Assembly (NCBI GenBank): GCA_046760225.1
Contig: JBHIDR010000021.1
Span: 1-13,638 of the forward strand
Reading direction: 5' to 3'
Origin: Candidatus Aenigmatarchaeota archaeon
Lineage (GTDB): Archaea > Aenigmatarchaeota > Aenigmatarchaeia > Aenigmatarchaeales > JACQIB01
DNA length: 13,638 bases
A model generated the notes under the pieces. The model searched no databases, had not been told where the DNA came from, and saw nothing but the letters and a program-made list of their open reading frames with translations. Each line of letters starts with the position of its first letter. The first letter of the stretch is position 1. Both the position numbers and the translations under genes were made by a program. Shown here in pieces: positions 7,718 to 13,638 of this stretch.

Positions 7718-7739
7718 CGTTTCAGATGCGTGAAACGTT
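7716..7739. repeat. Perfect 9-bp inverted repeat AACGTTTCA-N6-TGAAACGTT (operator or terminator hairpin)
   Basis: Directly visible at the end of the HTH gene, 21 bp upstream of a TATA-like box. Confidence 0.6.
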
Positions 7740-7760
7740 CCACAACGATTTCGACTGTTA

Positions 7761-7770
7761 TATTTATAGG
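7761..7770 (+). promoter_or_regulatory. TATA box of the GlcNAc-1-P transferase / DUF354 unit
   Basis: TATTTATAGG begins 32 nt before ATG7793. The same 9-mer, TATTTATAG, begins 31 nt before the pth2 ATG on the minus strand. Confidence 0.55.
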
Positions 7771-7792
7771 TCCTGTTTTCTGTAAAATTATT

Positions 7793-8722
7793 ATGTTTGA
7801 ATATTTGAAAGCAGTGCAAATCATCTTCTCCTTAGCCATTGCTCTGTTCTTCCTGACTTACCTTATAATACCAAAAGTCGCCAAGGTACTGAAAGCAAGG
7901 ATAAAGTATGGCATTGATGTCCACAAGCCACAAAGACCGAAAGTTGCAGAATGCGGGGGTATTGTTATCCTGTTTTCAATTTCAATTTTCCTCTTGTTCG
8001 CCTACATGATGCTGGGTGACATAAGGATAGTGTACGTCATGCTCGTAGCAATGATGTTCTCACTTTATGGCCTGGTTGATGACATTGTAAGGCTGGGAAA
8101 GTATCAAAAGCTCATCGTATCCTTTGCAATAGCAGCTGTTGGAACGTTTCTGTACGGGGCAACAGGCCTGTTTTTCATATTGAGCATACTTTTCCTGATA
8201 GCAGCATCAAACATATTCAATATTTTTGCAGGGCTCAACGGACTTGAAATAGGTTTTTCAACAATAATAGCATTCTTCTTCGCAGCCGCATCATTCCTGC
8301 TAAGCCAGGCAGCCCCTTTCTTTATGTCCGTCGGGATGTTTTTAGTCCTTCTTGCGTTCCTGCTGCATAATAAATACCCTGCCAGAATATTTCCTGGTGA
8401 TGTTGGAACGCTTCTGATAGGGGGCTTTTTTGCTTCCATGACACTTTACTATGGAATGTACATAGTCCTTGTTCCTCTGCTGGGCATCCATATCCTTGAC
8501 TGCCTTTTCAAGGGATGCTCTTCAGGATACTTCAGCAGCCACGAGAAAAAACCGACCAAGATTCTTGGGAACGGCATGCTTAAGCCAAGGGATGATTTCC
8601 TTTCTGTGGTAAGGATGCTGTTGAAGATAAAACCCATGACAGAAAAGATGGTAGTAAAAATATTATGGTCTTTTGAGATATTGATAGGCATAGCGACGGT
8701 TTCAATCCTGGTGATAATATGA
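7793..8722 (+). CDS. UDP-GlcNAc:polyprenyl(dolichyl)-phosphate GlcNAc-1-phosphate transferase (GPT/AglH-like; MraY/WecA superfamily)
   Basis: Motifs GIDVHKP..PKVAECGG, GLVDD, NIFNIFAGLNGLE and NKYPARIFPGDVGT; polytopic membrane protein. ATG7793 is preferred over GTG7730, which lies upstream of the TATA box and inside the inverted repeat. Confidence 0.88.
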   Translation: MFEYLKAVQIIFSLAIALFFLTYLIIPKVAKVLKARIKYGIDVHKPQRPKVAECGGIVILFSISIFLLFAYMMLGDIRIVYVMLVAMMFSLYGLVDDIVRLGKYQKLIVSFAIAAVGTFLYGATGLFFILSILFLIAASNIFNIFAGLNGLEIGFSTIIAFFFAAASFLLSQAAPFFMSVGMFLVLLAFLLHNKYPARIFPGDVGTLLIGGFFASMTLYYGMYIVLVPLLGIHILDCLFKGCSSGYFSSHEKKPTKILGNGMLKPRDDFLSVVRMLLKIKPMTEKMVVKILWSFEILIGIATVSILVII

Positions 8723-9804
8723 AGATATGGATAGATGTTACAGCTCCTCCGCATGTGACCTTTTTCAGGGCAATGATGAAGAACATGAACAATATAGTTG
8801 TTACAGCAAGGGACTTCGGTCAGGTAAAGGAATCGCTTGACAGATACGGTGTCAAATATGCTCTTATTGGTAAGCATGGTGGAAGAGGCAGGATGGGAAA
8901 GTTGGTAAAGAGCTCTGAAAGGATAATGGAGCTTGCGAAGTTTGTTGAGAAGGAAAAGCCAGACATAGGCTTTTTCAAGCACGGCATTGAAGGAGCAAGA
9001 GTATGTTATGGTCTTGGCGTGCCTTGTGTAAACCTCATAGATCATGATAGCGCAACAATACAGAACAGGCTGATGATGCCTATTTCAGATGTTATTGTGG
9101 TGCCTTCCTTTGTTTTTCCAGGATACTTGAAGCAGTTCGGGCCAAGGAAGATAAGGCAGTTCTTCGGCGTTTCTGACTATACTCATTTCATAGACTTCAG
9201 GCCTTCAAAGGACGTTCTGAAGCAGCTCAATCTCTCTGGGAACAAGCCCATCATAGTCACGAGGGCAGAGCCCTATCTTTCCTCACATGTGTTCCGCAAG
9301 AGCAAGCTTTACAATGTTCTCGCAGAGATTTTGGACAACATTGATGCACAGATAGTTTTCGTGCCAAGGAACAAGGTTGACAGGCAGCAGTTCTCAAAAC
9401 TGGGTGTGACCATTCCAGAAAAGGAAATAGATGTCTTGAGCCTTTACTGGCATACGAACCTCATGCTTGGTGCAGGATGCTGCATGAACAGGGAGGCCGC
9501 TCTTGCCGGCTGCCCCACAATATCAATGTATCCCGACGAGCTTCCTGCAATGGACAAGTTCATGATAGAGCGGGGCATGATGAAGTTCACAACAGATTCA
9601 AGAAAGGCGCTGAAATGGGGGCTTGACATAATATTGAACGGATGGGAGGATACGAACGGAAAATTAATAAACAAGATGGAAAATCCCTACCAAGTGATGT
9701 TCGAGGAAGCTGAGAAGCTCACTGGCAAGAAGGTCACTGTCCCACCATCACTTTATTCAGCACCACTGTTGCATAGGCCCCTGAAGGCAGAGCAAAGGAT
9801 ATAA
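8719..9804 (+). CDS. DUF354 family protein (predicted GT-B glycosyltransferase)
   Basis: Motifs MKIWIDVTAPPHVTFF, VTARD, IGKHGG, ARVCYGLGVP and MNREAALAGCPTISMYP. ATGA overlap with the upstream gene. Confidence 0.88.
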   Translation: MKIWIDVTAPPHVTFFRAMMKNMNNIVVTARDFGQVKESLDRYGVKYALIGKHGGRGRMGKLVKSSERIMELAKFVEKEKPDIGFFKHGIEGARVCYGLGVPCVNLIDHDSATIQNRLMMPISDVIVVPSFVFPGYLKQFGPRKIRQFFGVSDYTHFIDFRPSKDVLKQLNLSGNKPIIVTRAEPYLSSHVFRKSKLYNVLAEILDNIDAQIVFVPRNKVDRQQFSKLGVTIPEKEIDVLSLYWHTNLMLGAGCCMNREAALAGCPTISMYPDELPAMDKFMIERGMMKFTTDSRKALKWGLDIILNGWEDTNGKLINKMENPYQVMFEEAEKLTGKKVTVPPSLYSAPLLHRPLKAEQRI

Positions 9805-10840
9805 TTGCCTTCTTCTTTCCTTCATTGAACTCATCATCAGCTATTTCTATGAGCTTTAGTTCCTTTGGAACAAGCAAGACCTTTCTCTGGATTCCTGTGC
9901 ATGCTAGTTCTGGCATGCTGCGCATCCTAAAGTCTTCTATCTTTATTCCTTCCTTCTCAAGTATCTGCTTTATTTTCTTGTCAACAGGGCTTTCTTCCAG
10001 TTCTGTGTCATAGCCCGGTAATTTCACGATTTCTGTTCCCCTCTCTGCCACCTGGTTGAATATCCAGGATTGGAACGCATTGATGAACATCTTCCTTAAT
10101 CTTTTTGGAAGTCTTCTGAGTGCTCCTGCGAAATCATTCGGGTGTTTTGAAAGGTAGTCAATCATGTTTCTTTCGTACCTCAGCCTTTTCGGGAAAAGCT
10201 CCAGTGCTTTCAGATAGCCTTCCTTTGTTCCCCATGCATCTGCCAGTGCCTTTCTTGCTTTCCTGGAATCTTCAGGCTCCTTTTCAAAAACATTACACAA
10301 GTAAATTCTGACAGCCCCCTCGAAGTTACTCTTCAGCATTTCCTTTCCAACCAGATGAGTGATAGGCCTTACTTCCCCGAACCTTTGCGGACCGAACAGG
10401 TTCAATATTCCCCTCTCCAGAACAGAAAACACGTCATCCAGCCTTTTTATTATTTCATCCTCACCCAGATCAATATCCCTTATGGTTACAATGAATCTGT
10501 TGCCTTCTGATTCACCCAGGCTTATTCTTTCTCCTGATTTTTCAAAACCATAAAGCTTGAGGTCCTTTATTTTTACCTTTTCCAGCTTATCTGCTTCTAT
10601 GTTCCATGCAGACACCCTCTGTTTTGTGACAGCCCTCTTGTCCTTTGTCCCGGCTATTCCGAACCTCTTTATGCTCACATGCAAGGATTTTGCAATTGCC
10701 CTTATTGCGTTGTTGGTGTCCCAGTTGAATTTCTCGAGCCAGAAAACCGTATACTCGTCTCCTTCAGGAAGCGGTTTCGATATTTCTTCAACCCGGAAGT
10801 CCTCTATCCTCTGCCTTAATCTTCCACCAATGCCTTTCAT
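9734..10840 (-). CDS. truD: tRNA pseudouridine(13) synthase TruD
   Basis: Motifs GIGG..EDFRVEE, AGTKDKRAVTKQ (catalytic Asp), GNRF, FGPQRFG, AFQSWIFN and FALPSGAYAT. Confidence 0.95.
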   Translation of the reverse strand: MKGIGGRLRQRIEDFRVEEISKPLPEGDEYTVFWLEKFNWDTNNAIRAIAKSLHVSIKRFGIAGTKDKRAVTKQRVSAWNIEADKLEKVKIKDLKLYGFEKSGERISLGESEGNRFIVTIRDIDLGEDEIIKRLDDVFSVLERGILNLFGPQRFGEVRPITHLVGKEMLKSNFEGAVRIYLCNVFEKEPEDSRKARKALADAWGTKEGYLKALELFPKRLRYERNMIDYLSKHPNDFAGALRRLPKRLRKMFINAFQSWIFNQVAERGTEIVKLPGYDTELEESPVDKKIKQILEKEGIKIEDFRMRSMPELACTGIQRKVLLVPKELKLIEIADDEFNEGKKKAIISFALPSGAYATVVLNKVMVGQ

Positions 10841-11613
10841 AAGCTCACTGTAAGGAGACCTCTTATTCCGAGTGCGAGCCCGAGAATAAGGATTATTATC
10901 TTAAGGAAGTTGGGGAAGAACTTGTCATCACTGTACCTGTCGATTATCATTAACACAGGCAGCACAACAGCAATTTTAAGGACGAACATGATTCCTGGAC
11001 CGAATATGTTGATAAGGAACGTGGGGAGCACGTGCTGCTCGTAATAACCGAAAAATGTCATTGCAGTGAACGTGGCACTCGCATCAAAAAGGTGCGCAAC
11101 AACTATGCCAGCATTCTCTACGCTCAGGAGCTTTGGTTTGTACTTATGGATCCCAAAGAAAATAATTGCCCAGAAAAATGCAATGCCAAGTATTGTTATG
11201 AACCCTGACCAGTTTGTGACTTGCGTGAGCACGAGGTTGTAAAGCAGGAGCACAGAACCAACAGCAAGCATTAACTTATGGTATTCCAATATTTTTTTCC
11301 TTTGTATCCACAGCCCCATGAGCAGGGAGCCAAGTGCAACTGCAAATACAATGAAATATATTGGAGGCGAACACCACCACCAGCCCTCATAAAGTCCATG
11401 ATCCCTGAGAGCCCTTGTCCAGCCGCCGAATATTATGAAAGGCAAAACCCCAATGAAAAAGCTTTTATCGATACCAACCTTCAGTTTCCTGAGAAGAACA
11501 TATGTGCCATATACAGCAAGAGCAAGTATTATGGCATATACAATGGTGGCTTCAAGAGTGTAGTATCTGCAAAGCGGTTCTATGAATTTCTGGGTAAACC
11601 ATTCAGAAACCAT
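10837..11613 (-). CDS. DUF63 family archaeal membrane protein
   Basis: Motifs TIVYAIIL, PFIIFGGWTRALRD, SPPIYF, AHLFDASATF, YYEQHVLP and LGLALGIR. Confidence 0.85.
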   Translation of the reverse strand: MVSEWFTQKFIEPLCRYYTLEATIVYAIILALAVYGTYVLLRKLKVGIDKSFFIGVLPFIIFGGWTRALRDHGLYEGWWWCSPPIYFIVFAVALGSLLMGLWIQRKKILEYHKLMLAVGSVLLLYNLVLTQVTNWSGFITILGIAFFWAIIFFGIHKYKPKLLSVENAGIVVAHLFDASATFTAMTFFGYYEQHVLPTFLINIFGPGIMFVLKIAVVLPVLMIIDRYSDDKFFPNFLKIIILILGLALGIRGLLTVSL

Positions 11614-11617
11614 GATA

Positions 11618-11956
11618 TCACAATAGTTTCATCTTTCCTGTTATTCTATCAATCTTATCATCGCTTGCAGGCCCAATACCAACAGATGTCTTTGTGCCAG
11701 GCTCGAGCTGTGTCCTTCCTGCATCAGAAACCATGTCAGTGGGCAGCTTGAGTGATTTGGCTTTCCTGTGAACCGTGTTGAGTTCCTTTTCATTGGAAAC
11801 CTTGAGCACTACCTTTTTCATCCCTGTCCTTAACCATAACTCCTTGTCCTTGCCTTTTGTTCTTATAAATGCGCCTATGCTGGCATGTGCGCACTGCGTT
11901 GCTATTTTTCCCTTCCCCATCTTCAGATCAGTCCTCACAACAATGGCCTGTTTCAT
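11618..11956 (-). CDS. pth2: Peptidyl-tRNA hydrolase Pth2 (archaeal/eukaryotic type)
   Basis: Motifs KQAIVVRTDLKMGKGKIATQCAHA, KKVVLKV, DAGRTQ, GIGP and IDRITGKMKLL. Confidence 0.96.
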   Translation of the reverse strand: MKQAIVVRTDLKMGKGKIATQCAHASIGAFIRTKGKDKELWLRTGMKKVVLKVSNEKELNTVHRKAKSLKLPTDMVSDAGRTQLEPGTKTSVGIGPASDDKIDRITGKMKLL

Positions 11957-12023
11957 GCGAACACCATGTCTATTTAATCTATAAATATCTTATTTATTTA
12001 CTATAAAACTGTTTGGTGGATTT
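11957..12023. promoter_or_regulatory. Divergent AT-rich promoter region between pth2 and the tarJ-like gene
   Basis: 67-bp gap containing TATTTATAG on the minus strand (11987-11979), and TATTTATTTA (11991-12000) and CTATAAAA (12001-12008) on the plus strand. SD-like GGTG precedes both ATGs. Confidence 0.65.
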
Positions 12024-13121
12024 ATGGAAGCAAAGGAATACCATGTGGTGGCTCCCAAGAAGATAAATGAGGTTTCTGTAAACCTTCCTGAGCCACAGGA
12101 AAAAAATTACCTCATAAGGGTGACACATGCCCAGGTCTGTGATGCTGATGCAAAATACTACTTCGGATTAAGACCCAAAATTTACAGCATCTTCGGGTTT
12201 GATTATTTCTATGGAATAAGGGACAAGCAGGGGTTCATGAACAAGTACCCCCTTCTTCTGCTGCATGAGGCAGTGGGCGTCATAGAAAGAGCTGGACCAG
12301 GCACGCTGCTAAGACCTGGCACAAGGGTAGTATTAATACCTTCAAGGAGGTGCGACAATCCTGGCTGCGAATTCTGCAGCAAGGGCAATGAAAACAGTTG
12401 CAAGAGGTCCAAGTTCATGTCCAGTAATGCTCCTGGCTTTGCAAGGACACGCATCATCCAGCCTGAGGAATGTGTGGCTGAGATACCGGACAATGTTCCG
12501 AATGAGATAGCAGTGCATACAGAAATGAGCACTGTGGCTTATGGCGCACTGGTTGACTCTGGTATAGAGGAAGGTGATACTGTTGCTGTATTTGGCGACG
12601 GCTACCTTGGATACATACTCTCGGTGATTGCTTCAAAAGCCTTTCATATACCGAAGGAAAGGCTGTACGTGTTTGGAAGGCATGACAGCAAGCTTGAAAG
12701 GTTTTCAGGATTTACAACAACCATAAACTTAAATAAGGAAAAGATTCCTGAGCAGCTCCACAACAAGGCCAACAGGATATTTGAGTGCGTTGGCAAGAGG
12801 AGCGCTGAAAAAATAATAAACACCTCAATAAGCATGATAAGGCCAAGGGGCACCATAATGCTCCTTGGCGTGAGCGAGGAGATGGTGCAGATAAACACAA
12901 GGGACATCCTGAGCAAGGCAATAACAATAAGGGGGCTGAGCAGGAGCCCTGCAAGACATTATCCAGTTATACTTGATTTCATGAAAGATCAGGAAATCCA
13001 AAAACTTTATGCAAAGGTTGCTGGTGAAAGATTAGCAGTCAAGTCAGTTAATGACATGAAGAAGGCCTTTGAAGAGTATATGATTAACAGGAGCAAGATG
13101 CTCCTGGACTTCAGCGCCTGA
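12024..13121 (+). CDS. tarJ: Zn-dependent MDR dehydrogenase, TarJ-like (ribulose-5-phosphate reductase / ribitol-5-phosphate dehydrogenase)
   Basis: Motifs YHVVAP, CDADAKYYFG, PLLLLHEAVG, SKFMSS..GF, TEMSTV, GDGYLGYI, YVFGR...KL..FS, FECVG, LLGVSE..V.INTR and SRS follow the order I recall for Firmicute TarJ. Substrate is not proven. Confidence 0.8.
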   Translation: MEAKEYHVVAPKKINEVSVNLPEPQEKNYLIRVTHAQVCDADAKYYFGLRPKIYSIFGFDYFYGIRDKQGFMNKYPLLLLHEAVGVIERAGPGTLLRPGTRVVLIPSRRCDNPGCEFCSKGNENSCKRSKFMSSNAPGFARTRIIQPEECVAEIPDNVPNEIAVHTEMSTVAYGALVDSGIEEGDTVAVFGDGYLGYILSVIASKAFHIPKERLYVFGRHDSKLERFSGFTTTINLNKEKIPEQLHNKANRIFECVGKRSAEKIINTSISMIRPRGTIMLLGVSEEMVQINTRDILSKAITIRGLSRSPARHYPVILDFMKDQEIQKLYAKVAGERLAVKSVNDMKKAFEEYMINRSKMLLDFSA

Positions 13122-13638
13122 ATATATATTTTCTGTTCTTCCAGAAGAACTCAACTACAGCATAGTATGCAACAACAAGCGTGACTGCCATTATCCAGAA
13201 TAATATTTCAGTTGTATATGCTGTCACTTCTGTCATTATTGCTGAAGCAGCCATTCCAAGGAGCAGCAGGCCGGTGAATATTGTCAGCATCTGGAAACCG
13301 GCCTTGGCCTTTCCGCTCTGTTCAGAGACCAGTATAAGTCCTTCGGACATTGCCATCTTTCTTGTTTCATGGACCGCAAGCTCCCTTGCCAGATTAAGCA
13401 GTACCATCCATGCTGGCAGGAGACCGATGTCCATGAACACGAGCAGCACAAGGTTTATCATTAGCTTGTCAGATAATGGGTCCCAGAAGCTTCCGAACTT
13501 TGTCTTCTGGTTCAGCTTCCTTGCTATCTTGCCGTCAATCCAGTCTGTAAACACAGCAAAAACAAAAAGAGAAAATGCCAGCCATTTTGCCCATTCACCC
13601 TCAATGTAAACAAGGGCTATTATGACCGGTATGAGGGC
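13111..13638 (-). CDS. pgsA: CDP-alcohol phosphatidyltransferase, PgsA-like (5'-truncated by the window)
   Basis: The frame is open from 13638 (ALIPVIIALVY...), so GTG13554 is internal. Signature TDWIDGKIAR...FGSFWDPLSDK, plus RE and GKAKAGFQM motifs. Confidence 0.85.
   Translation of the reverse strand, partial: ALIPVIIALVYIEGEWAKWLAFSLFVFAVFTDWIDGKIARKLNQKTKFGSFWDPLSDKLMINLVLLVFMDIGLLPAWMVLLNLARELAVHETRKMAMSEGLILVSEQSGKAKAGFQMLTIFTGLLLLGMAASAIMTEVTAYTTEILFWIMAVTLVVAYYAVVEFFWKNRKYIFRR

Noticed and set aside
7719..7736. GTTTCA...TGAAAC resembles the ends of a CRISPR repeat
   Set aside because: Only 18 bp, a single copy, and no spacers or cas genes in the window.
7730..7792. GTG7730 N-terminal extension of the GlcNAc-1-P transferase
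   Set aside because: It spans the inverted repeat and TATA box; ATG7793 fits the promoter spacing and the first TM better.
7793..8722. MraY-like gene as a sign of peptidoglycan or pseudomurein synthesis
   Set aside because: The motifs (DVHK, AGLNGLE, FPGDVGT) are GPT/AglH-type, and no Mur ligases are in the window.
8449..9045. 198-aa minus-strand ORF
   Set aside because: Lies antisense across two well-supported genes and shows no family features.
10374..10409. TruD motif reads LNLFGPQRFG rather than PNYFGxQRFG, suggesting inactivation
   Set aside because: The catalytic Asp motif (GTKD), the Asn, the Phe and QRFG are intact and the frame is unbroken.
11278..11751. 157-aa plus-strand ORF (also 13181-13609 and the other short nested ORFs)
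   Set aside because: Fully antisense to or nested in DUF63, pth2, pgsA or other confident genes; composition is typical of shadow ORFs.
1..13638. tRNA/rRNA genes, transposases, integrases, inteins, defence systems
   Set aside because: Intergenic gaps are all under about 80 bp and no such motifs were recognised.

Overview
Archaeal DNA, judged from Pth2, archaeal-type TruD, DUF63, an S_layer_C-like domain and TATA/GGTGA signals. The dense, overlapping gene packing suggests a DPANN-like lineage, but that is an inference. Bases 1-9804 form one co-oriented cell-envelope locus. It holds, in order: the 3' end of an acidic S-layer gene with no C-terminal membrane anchor, a lipoprotein, a membrane-anchored unknown, a Wzy-like (PF01901-type) oligosaccharide polymerase, a GT4 glycosyltransferase, a second Wzy-like paralog, a Wzx-like flippase, a signal peptide-CWB2-TM-winged-HTH fusion, a GPT/AglH-type polyprenyl-phosphate GlcNAc-1-P transferase, and a DUF354 GT-B protein. 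A minus-strand pth2-DUF63-truD block follows. The window ends with a TarJ-like ribitol-5-phosphate dehydrogenase converging on a bacterial-type PgsA-like CDP-alcohol phosphotransferase. Main hypothesis: this is an archaeal Wzx/Wzy-made secondary cell-wall glycopolymer that anchors the S-layer, with its own membrane-spanning CWB2-HTH sensor-regulator, analogous to Firmicute S-layer/SCWP loci. All family calls come from motif recognition; no database search was run.
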